Assembly: GCF_020745735.1 (NCBI RefSeq)
Contig: NW_026867487.1
Coordinates: forward strand, 4,481,239 to 4,545,238
Origin: Hemiscyllium ocellatum
Taxonomy: Eukaryota
Direction of reading: 5' to 3'
Length of the DNA: 64,000 bases
The position numbers were made by a program, and so were the translations under genes. The notes under the pieces were generated by a model. That model did not search any database. It was not told where the DNA came from and saw nothing but the letters and a program-made list of their open reading frames with translations. Of this stretch, positions 39,149 through 51,445 are shown piece by piece. Each line of letters opens with the position of its first letter. Positions within the stretch are counted from its first letter, which is position 1.

Positions 39149-39249
39149 GAATGAGCGCCCAAGATTCAGTTTCCCAGAATCAACTTGAATAGACGGTTCA
39201 GGAAGGCCATACTACAACACTGAACTGTCGTTACACAACAGCAGCATTA
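39149..39249 (+). pseudogene. 5'-half V fragment, family B copy 2
   Basis: Paralog of 16658-16749, with GAATAG in place of GAATGG; truncated after GCAGCATTA. Confidence 0.85.
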
Positions 39250-39632
39250 ATGCCTGAGTATGACGTTAATTTTTGAATTGGCATTTCACCTTAAATCGAG
39301 AGAAGGATGAACCTGTCAAAAAGAAACAGAGCTCTTGTGATAGATAAAGAAGTAAGTTCGAACGAGATGGAACACCTGAAAATGTGAGACTGAATAAGGG
39401 AATGAGTAAGATACAAAAATAACAAAGTATACAATTGCAACGAATATTGTCTTTTATCGTCAACTGCTTTTGTTTCACCTATAGTTGACGTCACATTTGA
39501 AAACACAACCAACCGCAGCAAAGGGAAGCTCTATTCAATTTCCCAAGGAGTGAGGCCATCTCCCGAGGAAAGATTGAATATAAGAGTCAGCAGACCATTT
39601 ATAGGATGCTGTTTACTGTCGAAGCAGATATC

Positions 39633-40073
39633 ATGTGTTTACTGTATTTTTTATTGGTAATAATGGCCGTGGTACCTGGTAAGTCACAGTAAAATTTGAG
39701 ATTGTGTGTTTAATTGGATATACCTGTTCAGGTTTTTAACATTTTTTTATGTATTTGTTGCAGGAACGGGAGGCCAAGATTCAGTTTCACAGGATCCATC
39801 TGAATGGACCGTTCAGGAAGGCCATACTGTGACACTAAACTGTCGTTACATAGCAGCAGCATTATTTGGAGAAACTCTCTTTTGGTACATCCAGTATCCT
39901 GGGGAAGCTCCGAGATATTTACTGCAAAGATACGATAAGCAGCAAGGTGCCAGATCTATAGATTTCACTGACCGATTTTCTGCTAATTTGGACAAGGAGA
40001 AGAAAACAGTTCCTTTAAATATCTCCGAGGCTCAAATCTCCGACTCTGCCGTCTACTACTGTGCACGGAGCTC
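39633..40073 (+). CDS. TCR alpha/delta-type V segment, family B, intact ORF: join(39633..39678,39764..40073)
   Basis: MCLLYFLLVIMAVVPGTGGQDSVSQDPSEWTVQEGHTVTLNCRYIAAALFGETLFWYIQYPGEAPRYLLQRYDKQQGARSIDFTDRFSANLDKEKKTVPLNISEAQISDSAVYYCARS; 85-nt GTAAGT..TTGCAG intron. Confidence 0.93.
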
Positions 40074-40113
40074 CACATTGACACAGCGAAGCAGCCAGCG
40101 TGTAAAAAAAACC
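40074..40113 (+). other. 23-bp RSS with non-consensus heptamer and nonamer
   Basis: CACATTG + 23 nt + AAAAAAAAC(C); the paralog has GCAAAAACC. Confidence 0.75.
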
Positions 40114-41049
40114 GTCAAGACACCCTTACGTCTCTTTCTGCATAACATCGCTGAGCAGAATTATAAATTGTTAGCATAATAAACACAGCATTTTATGATT
40201 GCCTTGCCCAACTGTTTTCTTTTTTCCATATTGATTCCACTACATTCTGTTTAAATTCCCCTTTATATTAGGTTAGTGTTTTTTACTTACAGTAAGCAGA
40301 TGTATAAACGGCAGATTCTGGTCGTAAATTTGCAACAGGACTTATCACATCAGCGAGGTGACGTGGTTATGATGCTTTTTTTTAATTCAGAGCAAGGTCA
40401 ATTGATTCGTGCATCTTCTTCGATATACGAGACTTGGGGATAATGCAGAAAGGCGGATACATGATAAATCACCTTACAGAGTGGAGAAACAGGATTGAAG
40501 TTTCAAATCAAGCCATCCAGCTTCTCCTCACTGTGATCTGTGGCTTACGTTGTGTCTTAACAAAAGTTGTATGCGTTGATCTAGTCCCACCTGGTGGCAC
40601 TTCCATAAATTAACCAATCGGCATTGACAGTGGATATGACACATCTGAACTTGTGCTCAAAACTGCCATTAGTTGTGTGCAAAATCACTTCAGCTTCATC
40701 TCCCTCTGCTCAAACCCACCATTAGTTCTGAGAAGTCTCAGACACGGTGATAGAAACGGGAGCAAACCTTGTGCAGAAGAAAATCCTCAACATGAGAGAA
40801 GTTGTAGATAATCTTATATCGAGTAACATCACTTTAAAAATGGCCCCCGAAAAGTGGAGTGAGATTTCAAGTTTCGTTTACTCCACAATAAATAAAAGGC
40901 CGGAAAGAAACAGGGTGCAGTTATTTACCGTACCTTTTAATAAGTCATTTTGCTCAGCGGCATCTTCGGCCAACAATGCTTGACACACATTTCACCAACC
41001 CACACCACTCCAACCAAACCTCCTCACAACCCACGTTGTTTAGATGCAT

Positions 41050-44000
41050 AATACTTAAAATCTCAGAGAAAAGTATAAATTGTTGGAAAAGCTCAGCACA
41101 TCTGCCAGCATCTGTAGAGAGAAGTCAGAGTTCACGTTCCTGTTTGAGTGAATTTCCTCTGAACTGGTTTTAGCTCCGAAAATGCTGTTTTATGTGTAGA
41201 AATTAGGGTGGTGATAGTGTGTGAGAAGGAAACGATAAGTGGTGATAAAGCCCAAACAGAAAGAAGAGCAATTGGACAGACCTAGCAGATGATAACGATC
41301 TGACTATGCGAGTGAAAATAGCATTAATGGGGATTTTTAGTGGCTAACAATATGTGTTGTATATTAATAACAAGAGTGCGGTGCAGGAAAAAGCAAGGCA
41401 GGTCAGGTAGCATTGAAGGAGCAGTAAAATTGAGGTCTTGGGCATAAGCCGTTCATCAGGAATAAGGCTTATGGGGCGGGAGACTGAGAGATAAATGGGA
41501 GAGGGGTGGAGCTGGGGCAAGGTAGCTGGGAATGTGATAGTTACATGAAGATGAGGTGAAAGTGATAGATTGGAGAGGTTCGTGGATTGGGTAGATGGGA
41601 AGGAAGATGGACAGTTTAAGAGGGCGGTGCCTTGTTGGACACTTCAGACTGGGCTAAAGTAAGGGAGGGTAAATGTGGAATCTGGTGAAATCTACGTTGA
41701 TCCTGTGTGGTTGCAGGGTCTAAGATGGAAGATGAGGCATTCTTCATCCAGGTGTCAGGCGGTTCAGCTTTGGAAATGGAGAAGGCCCAGGATCTGCATG
41801 GTCCTGGTGGAGTAGGAGAGGGTGTTTTAAATTTTCAGCCACGGGGCAGAGGGGCTGGTTGATGCGGTGTCCCAGAGATGTCCTCTGAAACAATTTGCAC
41901 TTTGGCGTCCTGTCTTCCCAAAGTAAAGGCGACCATATTGGGTGCAACAGATACAGTAGATGACGTGTGTGAAAGTGCAGGAAAATTTCTGTCGAATGTA
42001 GAAAGATCCTTTGGAGCCTTGAACGGAGGTTGGGAGGAGGTTTGGGTGCAGGGTTTGCACTTCTGCTCGTGGCAGTGGAGGTAATGGCCTTTAAAGATGG
42101 AATCCAGCTTGGATTTTTTCTGGTGAAATGCACAGCCTCCCACTCCCTCCACTCCAATCACAATCAGCCCAGCAGACAACGTGCGGGGGTGTTGTGGAAG
42201 TTTGGAGCATTGACCTCACACTGCTGAAGCCAGGTGCCAACTCGCAGACCCCTCCTATTACTGCCCCCTCAACCACGACCTCACCTCCCATTATCAAACC
42301 ATCAACTCTCGGACCATTTACAAAATCATCCCCTCTGACTATCTCCCATCCCCAGTCTCCAACCTCATAGTCTAAGAATACTGCACTGTCTGAATCTACA
42401 TCTGACCAAAGATTCACAAACCTGACGGCACCGGTCGCCACATTGTGTTAGCCTGCTCCAAACCCACTGAATTCATCTCTGCATAACTAGACACGGTCCT
42501 CACCCTTTAGTCCAAGAACATCCCATTTACATTCAGGACACCATCCACGCCCTTCACTTTCTCCAAGACTTTAGTTTCCCCGGTCTGAACATCTTATCTT
42601 TGCCATGAATATTCAGTCCCTGTAAACATCCATCCGCCATGACAAAGTCTTCCAAGGCCTCTGTTCTCTTTTTCCTCTTACGCCGACCAAACCAGTAACA
42701 TTTCACTGACACTCTCATTGAGCTGGCTTAAATGATCCTGACCATCAACAATTTCTCATTCCAACCTCCCCACTTCCTCCAAACCATGGGCTCCCGATTG
42801 GGCCTCGGCTATTCCTGCCTTTTCGTCGTACATGTGGAACAGTCCATCTTTCACAACTACGCTGGCACCATTCCATACCAGTTCCTCTGCTGTACTGTTG
42901 ACTGTATTAGCACTACCTCTTGCTCCCATGAGGACATTGACTTCAACTTCTCAAGCACCCTCCACCCGATCTCAAGTTCACCTTAACCATCTCAGATACC
43001 TACCTCCCCTTTCTGTACCTCTCCACCTCCATGTCCAGCGACCAACTATACATGGATATTTACTACAAACCCACAGACTCCCACACTTACCCAGAGTACA
43101 CCTCCTCCTACCTGCCTCCTGTTAAAACGCCATCTCTTGTTTTCAATTCCTCAGCCTGCACCTCCTCTGCTCCCAGGAGAATCAATTCTACCATAGAACA
43201 TCCCAAATGGCCGCCTTCTTCAAAAACTGCAATTTCTGCTCTGACGTAGTCGACCATGTCCTCTAGTGCATCTGCTTCACTTTCCACACCTCCACCCTTG
43301 GACGCACCTCCAATTGCAACAAAGAGAGAACACCCCGGTCCTCACCTTCCACCCCACCAACCTCCTGGTACATTACATCATCCTCTACCACGTCTGTCAA
43401 CTGCAAACAAATCACAGCACTAAAGATATATTTTCTTGCTCACCCACATATGCGTTTTGGAATGACCATTCCCTCCACGAGTCCCTTGTCAGATCCACGC
43501 CTCACACCAGCCCAACCATACTCCCAGCACCGTCCTCTTTCACCGAAAGAAGTACAAAACCTAGGTACACACCTCCCCACTCACATCTGCCCAAGCTCCT
43601 TCCACATTCGACAGAAATTTACCTGTACTTCTGCATACGTCATCTAGTGTATCTGTTGCACACGCTGTGGTCTCCTCTACATCAGGGAGACAAGTCACCA
43701 AAACGTGAATTGTTTCAGATAACATCTCTTGGACACACGCAACAGCGAACACCATTATCCCTTGGCTGTAAACTTCAACTCCCTGTCCCAATCTCCAAGG
43801 ACATGCAGGTCCTGGATCTCTTCCACCGCCAAATCACCAGATGCCTGGAGGAAGAATGCCTCACTTTCCGCCTTGGGACACTGCAACCACACAGTATCAA
43901 TGTGGATTTCAACAGTTTCCCCGTTTCTCTTCCTCAAATTTATCCGATTCCCAACCATCTAAATTGGCACCGCTCTGTAACCTGTCCATCTTTCATCCCA

Positions 44001-44240
44001 CCTATCCGCTCTACCCTCAACTCCAACCGACCACTTTTACCACCATCTTCATCTACCTATCACGATCCCAGCTACCTCTTCCCTAGACCGCCACCCCAGC
44101 CATTTATCTCTCAGCAGCACTCTACCCTCCCCCGGCCCACAACCCTCATTCTTGATGAAGAGCTTATTCCCGAAATATTGATTATTCTGCTGCTTGGGTG
44201 CTGCCTGACCTGCTGTCTTTCTCTAGCACCACACTGGAGC
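41050..44240. mobile_element. Composite Penelope-like element, paralog of 18655-21800
   Basis: Minus-strand QKFSCTFTHVIYCICCTQYGRLYFGKTGRQ (GIY-YIG-like); plus-strand RT QTMGSRLGLGYSCLFVVHVEQ; C-terminal ENTPVLTFHPTN. Confidence 0.85.
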
Positions 44241-45276
44241 TATAAATTAACAGACAATACAAAGTCTGGTTGTGAGACTTGGGATAAGGGCTTGGGAGAG
44301 CTCCAGCCCGAAAGAAATCAGTATTGCGTCCAGAAGGCTCACATTATCCATGAGGAAAATGAGGCATTTGTTATTTTACTAAGTTGCACTGAGCTTCACT
44401 GGAGTGTTGCAGTAACACCTGAACCAAGGTATTGGATAGGGAACAGCGTGGTGTGTTGCATGTTCAGGATCATTTCATTCTGAAGAGAATACAAGTGTTC
44501 TGCATTGCGGCCACCCAACGAACACTGTTTCCCCAGTTAGAGGAGACGACATTGTGAGTAATGAATGCAGTAAACAAAATTATATGAAGTGCAGGTAAAG
44601 CACTGCTTCACCTGGAAGATATGTTTTGGCCCTTGGATAATGAGGACAGAGGAACTGAACGGAAAGGTGTTGCATCTTCTCTGACTGTAACCGAAGATTT
44701 TGTGAGTCTGTGTGTACTGTCGGGGTTGAAGGAAGAGTTGGGCAGTGTGTCCCAGGCGGACTGGTCCATGCCGAAGGCTGACTAGGAGGAGGAGGGAAAT
44801 GGATGTCTGGAAATCCCACATAGAAAGTTTATCAGACCTCAACTCGTCTGCACCCTCACTCAGATCAGAGACAATGAATGAAAGCGGAACTTCTCAATCT
44901 AATTTCAAATTCGAATTTCTTTTATTCACATAGTTGTTTCGATCATTTAATGCCTGAGCTTTGCTTGAAATCACTCAGAGTTTAAATTGTTTCTACATTC
45001 AGTTGGCCACCAAACTTCTCTTAGGTCAATTAAAAACAAACTTTCCACATTTGGTCATCCTTTTCTGAGCAACAGAGTGAACTTCTAATATTTCTCTTTG
45101 CTAACATAAACAGGAACCTGTGGTTATTGACGTTATCAGTTCAAGGTCGTCCTATCGCACGACTTTCCGGAAATGACATAAAACGAAACGTAATCCAAGC
45201 TGACAGCGCTTTCATCTTGGGTGTTCTGCAAACTTTTGAGACGCAAAATTTGACATCGAATTCCAAACCAGCAGCG

Positions 45277-46314
45277 ATGTTGCTGTCCATTCTTTCTCTG
45301 ACCTGCATTACCTCCATTGTTGGTAAGGAGTTTAAACAGAAGTTTAATTGAAGGTTTAATATATTTGAGAAACAGAGTGCACGGATTTGACGAATATTAG
45401 AGCTACTTCAAAGCACAGCTTCGTACTTGCACGCAATTCTGGTCTCTGTCTTCCACAAAAAAATGAAGGGATACAAACTGCAAGAGAAAAGTGACTTATA
45501 CAGATGTTGCTGGAATTGAAAGTTGGACAGAAATCAACGTGTCCGCTTGCATCCATTTCTCCCCTAATGGGAACACTAAAGGGTATCTAGATTGATGTCT
45601 TTACAATGTTGAAAGGATCTTAAGCTCAGGTCACGAAGCAACATAGTACAGTTGAGGAGGATTCCAGGTTTACACATCTAAATAAGCAAGGTTAAACGGC
45701 ACAAAATTATCTAATGAGGATGTTAGCGAAAAAGAATAACAGCTGTTTATTCGGAGAACAGGTACAATAGGTTTTTATTACCACGAGGGGGTAGTTAGAG
45801 TGACGAACAAAGATGCAGTTAAAATGAGAGGGAGAAATAAGTGAGTATGCTTGTGGTTATTATGCACACAGCAATGAGGCCAACGACCTGAACGAGCCTC
45901 TTCTCCTCTATATTCTATCTATTTTGAAGATATCATCAATTTCTAAGTTCAGTTTATCATAATCGAACATTTAATCTTTATTTTTTGCTTTCCCTAATCT
46001 TGTGTTCTAGATCTGAGCAATGCAGTTTCTGTTACGCAACGGTATCTTTCGTTAACGCAGACAGAGGGACAAGATGTCACGTTAAATTGCACCTTCACTG
46101 AAGATGGTTATTACTTGTACTGGTACCGTCAATATTCAGGCAGAGAGCCAGAGTTTGCAGTTCGGAGGCAAACGGGCGGTGGTGCTGTATTGAAGGCAGA
46201 TTTCGCTCAGTCCCGGTTTTCTGATACCCTCCAGAAGACAGAGAAGTTGTACCAATTGACCATCTCGCAGCTTCTGCTGTCTGACACCGCCGTCTATTAC
46301 TGTGCAATAAGCCT
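45277..46314 (+). CDS. TCR alpha/delta-type V segment, family A copy 3, intact: join(45277..45322,46011..46314)
   Basis: MLLSILSLTCITSIVDLSNAVSVTQRYLSLTQTEGQDVTLNCTFTEDGYYLYWYRQYSGREPEFAVRRQTGGGAVLKADFAQSRFSDTLQKTEKLYQLTISQLLLSDTAVYYCAIS; 688-nt intron. Confidence 0.93.
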
Positions 46315-46353
46315 CACAGTGACAGAAAGGAGTGAAAGCCTTGTACAATAACT
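46315..46353 (+). other. 23-bp-spacer RSS
   Basis: CACAGTG + 23 nt + ACAATAACT. Confidence 0.93.
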
Positions 46354-47368
46354 GCCGCATGTTTCTGGGTCACAGCTGCTGTTGTTGCGGGCCGTTTGTA
46401 ACAGTAGCTTGCAGACTTAAGCATCATCTTCCTGTGAAGGATATGTCCCAGAGGACAGATCCCACCATCAGCATTTACACTTGTTCACTTCGAATGCTGT
46501 TTCTGATTATTGCATCGTGTGAGGACCGAGTACCCTGTTGTTTATTTGGGAATGTCAAGGAACACCTCATTCAATTTCATTGAGAATAAAATATGTGCAG
46601 TTGGCCTGGCACTAACCATTTGCATGTACCGCCCGTTTTGAAATGAAATGGAACAAATAATTTTCAACGTGAAATTGCTTAATGGGGAGTAGAAAGCAGC
46701 CATCCATGTGAGAAGGATCTTAACATTTAAACAAACCCAATTGAGCAACTATTAAAATACTAAAAATAAAGGTTACATTCTACAACGTAACCAGGTAAAA
46801 GGGCGATATTTTCAGGATATGATGAGAGGATAAGAACTATGATATCGACAGCAATAATCTGGAAGGACAGGCGTGGGGTTCTCTTGGAATACCTGGTCAG
46901 AAAAACGAGGGAATATATAAGCCTTTTAATTTTTAAATGTACTAATTGTGCAGAACATTGGAAGGACGTTTCGATATCTGCACTCACCAGGTAAGGCTGA
47001 AATAATACTTGAATAACAATAATTATTTCATTTTTTCCTCGTATCTATGCGATGATTCTTTCCTGTTTCAGTTAAATATTCAGGAATGACTGGAAAAGAG
47101 TCAGGTCAGATATTTTTGGAGTCTAGTCTTTGACAAATCTTTTGAGGTATAAAATGGCATAAAATCCCGAATCACATTTCAACTGAAGTTCAGAATACAT
47201 CTTATGTAAGTGGAGCACAGGAATCCATTTCCAATGCAGCGAGTACATGGTCATTTCTCAATTCAGTTATTTTCCAGAAAACACACGGAAAGATCTGGTT
47301 TTTCTGTATTCTGCCCCTCCCGTGCAACCCCTGAGATCTGTTCTGTTCACTTTGCCACATTACACGTG

Positions 47369-48222
47369 TGTTTTTGTTATCAGCTCCCACTGGTTTGCAT
47401 TACCATAACCCTTAGCTTGCAGTAATACACGACGTTGTTGGGACCCTCCGACCCCATGGCATCAATATGGATTTCACCAGTTTCCTCATTTCCTCTCACT
47501 CAACCTATCCCAGTTCCAAATGTCAAACTCGGCACTGCCCTCATGACCTGTCCTACCCGTCCATCTTTCTTCCCACCTATACACTCCACCCTTCCCTCTG
47601 ACCTATCATTGTCACCCCACCTCCACCTACCGATGCACACACAACTGCCTTGCCCCCACCCTCCAACAACCAACTCACTCCCATTTATCCCACCACCCTC
47701 TCAGCTCACAGCCTCATTCCTGAAGAAGGGTTCTTGCCTGAAACATCGATTTTTCCTGCTCCTCAGATGCTGCCTGGCCTTCTGTGCTTTTTCAGCCTCC
47801 TCGACTCTAATCTCCAGTCTCTGCCATCCTACGTTCACCTCCGTTGTCCGACAGCTCAGCTCACCGATAGTAAAGTTCCCCTCATATTTCGAAACATCCA
47901 ACAATGCCGAAAAACGAGCACGAATGTAGTTTGTTGTAACAGCATTGCCAAATTCAAAAATGTCAATGAAGAATATTGCATCAGTTAGCCGACTCCTGAC
48001 GGCACACTTCCAAGGGATCTTTTACTGAATGAATACTCACCACATATCTTTAGAACTGTGTCACTGTAACCAGCTCCTGTGATATCATATGTGCAAAAGT
48101 AATATCTAAGGAAATACAGGAAGAAAATGATATCAAACCAATGATGATAATCAATGTAATGTAGTTAAAGATTATATTGCAAGACCAAGAAACATAGCTG
48201 AACAGATGATTGTCATAATCAT
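47369..48222 (-). pseudogene. V pseudogene family D copy 3, split by a Penelope-like insert (47439-47841) with 6-bp TSD
   Basis: Leader 48222-48186, exon from 48076, LDVSKYEGNFTIGEL, insert flanked by CGTTGT (47433-47438 and 47842-47847), then VYYCKLR and RSS TATGGTA-23-ACAAAAACA. Confidence 0.85.
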
Positions 48223-49431
48223 ACTCCCTAGCAGTGATCTTATTACAACATACAAAAGTACGATTTACAGGAGTTGCAGCAGAACAAATAATAAAAGCCA
48301 ATGTTTTTAGAGCGGATGGTGAATGGAATGAGGGATCGAAGCTGAATTGCTTCATTTAAGAAACAATGATGTGTCATGCCCAGTCTCCATGCTAATTAGT
48401 TCATCTCTGACACAGTCACCCAATCGCCTTTCAGCTCTATTGTACTCCAATTCTAGAGACCAACGTGTTGGTTATGTATACCCCTAATGGGCTGCTCAGT
48501 GGGATCTCGCTCTGATGCAACAATTACATTCATCTTAATGTCTCACTCTAGATTTCTATTATCACTACATGTATTTTATACTCTTAACACAGCTAATCTA
48601 ACAATAGTGCTAAATATTTCATTTTGCAAAATAATTATAAAATCAGTGCTTGAAAATTCCATTTTACTACATTGTATACGTAATGATGATAAGCATTACA
48701 AAAACACAAGAATATTTCAATAAGTTAGATTAAAGCTTAATGATCAGTAACATGACAAATTAAAATTCAATATATTACAATACATATTTCATCAACGTAA
48801 AAACGTGCAGACTTGTAAGTTTGCAACTTTTTTAATACTCCATGATGAAAGTGCAAAGATTGCACTCTAATCCAGCAAATACTGCATCATGTGGTATTAT
48901 CAATTTCATAATATTTCAACATATGTAAAGTTCATTGTGCTCAGACACCTCTGATTATTCACAATATTCAGCCCCTTCTGCAAGGGAAGGTACAAAATAT
49001 CTGAAGGTTTAAAAAAGCTAGATAACTTACTTGGGATCCATGACTTACCAGGCGCACCAATGGCAGTGAGAATCGGATAGGAAACACCAAAGACTGGGCC
49101 ATCTTTTGGGAAAAATAAGGAATTACTGATGCTATAGAATTTAACTCAGAGAACCTGTCAAATCCTCCTTAATTTACTCTGAGTCAGATCCCCCGAGGTA
49201 GAAATGAGTATCTTTGATGCAGTTCACTAAAAAAAACAGATTAACTCATGCTTTTATGACATCTGTTTGCAACTTCAAGGATGGCAATGATTCCATTATG
49301 GACTTGTCATCCTTCTGACTTCAGACACTTCGGAAAACCCAACCCATCTGTTTCCATCATGTGGTGTCCCCAATGGTATATACTAAGTTTAGTTCCATCA
49401 TATAACCTAAAATGTATATGGACTTCTACCC

Positions 49432-49845
49432 TTGAGTTTAGAAGACTGAGAGGGGATCTGATTGAGACATATAAGATTATGAAAGGATTGGACACTCTGG
49501 CCGCAGGAAACATGTTTCCGCTGATGGGTGAGTGCCGAACCAGAGGACACAGCTTAAAAATACGGGGTAGACCATTTAGGACAGAGATGAGGAGAAACTT
49601 CTTCACCTAGAGAGTGGTGGCTGTGTGGAATGCTCTGCCCCAAAGGGCAGTGGAGGCCCAGTCTCTGGATTCATTGAAGAAAGAGTTGGATAGACCTCTC
49701 AAAGATAGTAGAATCCAGGGTTATGGAGATAAGGCAGGAAGAGGATACTAATTAGCAATGATCAGCCATGATCATATTGAATGGCGGTGAAGGCTCGAAG
49801 GGCTGAATGGCCTACTCCTGCACCTATTGTCTACTGTCTATTGCA
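49432..49845 (+). mobile_element. CR1-type LINE 3' end, well preserved
   Basis: LEFRRLRGDLIETYKIMKGLD...RTRGHSLKIRGRPFRTEMRRNFFT, then the 3' UTR and a (CTATTG/CTACTG)-like tail. Confidence 0.9.
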
Positions 49846-50314
49846 TATTGTCTGAAATCTTACCCGTGCATCATTTCTGTTACTTCTCAATTATGTAGTG
49901 CTTTTAGGTATCACATTTATGAGTGCACTTTATTTGTTATTAAGCGTTCTATATCAATTCCTTTCATGACACCCATTTTCAAAATTGATTTCCCACAGAA
50001 ACAGCTGAACCCACTATGAACTTGCACAGAAGGTAACCTGAGGTGAGAACATCACTTGAAAATTATTGCTCGTGTGGAAACTGCATATTGTTTCATTTGT
50101 TCAGCTCAACCTAAAATACACAAAGGACTTGCAAAAGTTTTCGTACCGATGTTCTGATGCAAACCATTTATCATCGTTGACGTTAATGTCGTTAGAAACG
50201 CAAAGTGTAGTCTAGTACGTTTAAATCAGAGGGTGAATTCATTCTACATGGATATTATATGTATACGCTTCGATTTTGCCACTGGATGGTCTTCAATTGC
50301 AATGACTTTGTCAG

Positions 50315-50598
50315 GTGCTGTACTGAGGAACGCTATCCGGGCCTGAGGCATCATCCTTCTGAACAAACGTTGAAACTTTAACCCATCAGCGTGTTCAAGC
50401 AGATGGTCAGAACTGTCTGTACTATTGGAAGAAGAACAAAGGGTGGGACACTAGGCGTGGGGTCATTGCTAGATGATTCTGCTGGCAGCGTAAGCCCGTG
50501 TTCCGTCATCAGAAAACACTCAGTAGAAGCACATCGGCCGAGCTTCCAATTAAATGTTTTAGTGGTAACGTCGGTGGCTAAAACTGCAAACTGAACTA
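50315..50598 (+). pseudogene. Eroded V-like pseudogene of a different subgroup
   Basis: After acceptor GTCAG: GAVLRNAIRA*GIILLNK/ETLTHQ(R for C)VQADGQNCLYYWKKNKG...STSAELPIKCFSGNVGG*NCKLNY. Spacing from putative Cys to Trp is 12 codons and from Trp to Cys is 53 codons, in one frame. Confidence 0.5.
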
Positions 50599-51010
50599 CA
50601 TCCATCCTCCGTTCCAGAAAGTCAAATTTTCAAAAGGAGCAATTGTGACATCGATCTCACAGAACTGGTTAAAAGACAGCTTCTTCTTTGAACCTCCCCC
50701 TCAGAGAACATATAGCTATGACATGATTATGTGCAGCTCACCAATGATCTCCCAGGAACAGCCATGTTCAAATAAACTCGAGAACCTCTGAGGTATTTCG
50801 CACTGTGAACCTTCAAATGCCAATTCCATAAACCCTCATACCAGACAACAAAACGATAGAAATCCTCTTTTTTATCCTTGGTGTCTGTTTACAATATGAG
50901 TGTATGCAAATCTGGTGAGAATGTGTGAATGTAATATAAAGCAGTCCGATTCCAGTGAGCTTCGTGCTTCCTTATTTCGCAATGTCGTTCAGTTCATCTA
51001 TTTAGTGGTA

Positions 51011-51175
51011 NNNNNNNNNNNNNNNNNNNNNNNNNNNNNNNNNNNNNNNNNNNNNNNNNNNNNNNNNNNNNNNNNNNNNNNNNNNNNNNNNNNNNNNNNN
51101 NNNNNNNNNNNNNNNNNNNNNNNNNNNNNNNNNNNNNNNNNNNNNNNNNNNNNNNNNNNNNNNNNNNNNNNNNNN
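51011..51175. other. Assembly gap (N run)
   Basis: N run immediately upstream of the NAR-like V exon. Confidence 0.99.
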
Positions 51176-51186
51176 TTTTTGGTTAG

Positions 51187-51445
51187 TCAGTAACCACAGA
51201 GTCCCGCAGCAGTTACCAGGAAGGAGTACTAATCTCCCACTATTACCTGTTCTCTTTGGCGCTGTATTTCATTATTTTCGAAGTGGTTATTTCTTCAGCC
51301 AAACAGTGAGCAGTCCACGGTGCCAGCACATCTCCATTGAAGTTCGAACGTCTGTAAGGACCAATAGAACAGAAAATACTCTTGCGCTCGTAATTCGAGG
51401 TATAAAACTTGAAGGCACCACCATCTACTCCTGTGAAGCGAATTA
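51187..51445 (+). pseudogene. V pseudogene with NAR-type (CDR2-less) geometry; candidate NAR-TCR V
   Basis: SVT/QSPAAVTRKEY*SPTITCSLWRCISLFSKWLFLQPNSEQSTVPAHLH*S/RTSVRTNRTENTLALVIRGIKLEGTTIYSCEANY. Cys 51248, Trp 51284, Cys 51432: Trp to Cys is 148 nt (~49 codons) versus 60 in family A. Confidence 0.6.

Larger units (their letters stand above)
1..49305. repeat. Tandem segmental triplication of a V-gene cassette (unit 1 ~1-21409, unit 2 ~21410-43844, partial unit 3 ~43845-49305)
   Basis: The same ordered landmarks recur: TGGAGGAAGAATGCCTCAC near 1, 21410 and 43845, and V-A exons at 2058, 23588 and 46011. Microsatellites, SINE, LTR and N gaps sit at homologous positions. Homology to 15300 stops at ~49305. 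Confidence 0.95.

Noticed and set aside
40059-40073. YYCAR ending suggesting an IgH-like V (TAILV or IgH-delta trans-rearranging type)
   Set aside because: A single base change from the paralog's YYCAL; the rest (WYIQYPGEAPRYLL, DSVSQ) is TCR alpha/delta-like.
39706-40179. 157-aa unspliced ORF covering V-B2
   Set aside because: Starts at a GTG inside the intron and runs through the RSS; the real product is the spliced leader plus V exon.
43266-44483. 405-aa ORF, the longest in the window
   Set aside because: Its start matches the Penelope-like C-terminal region (TPVLTFHPTN), then it drifts out of that frame; paralogous copies are broken by stops. It is decayed element sequence, not a host gene.
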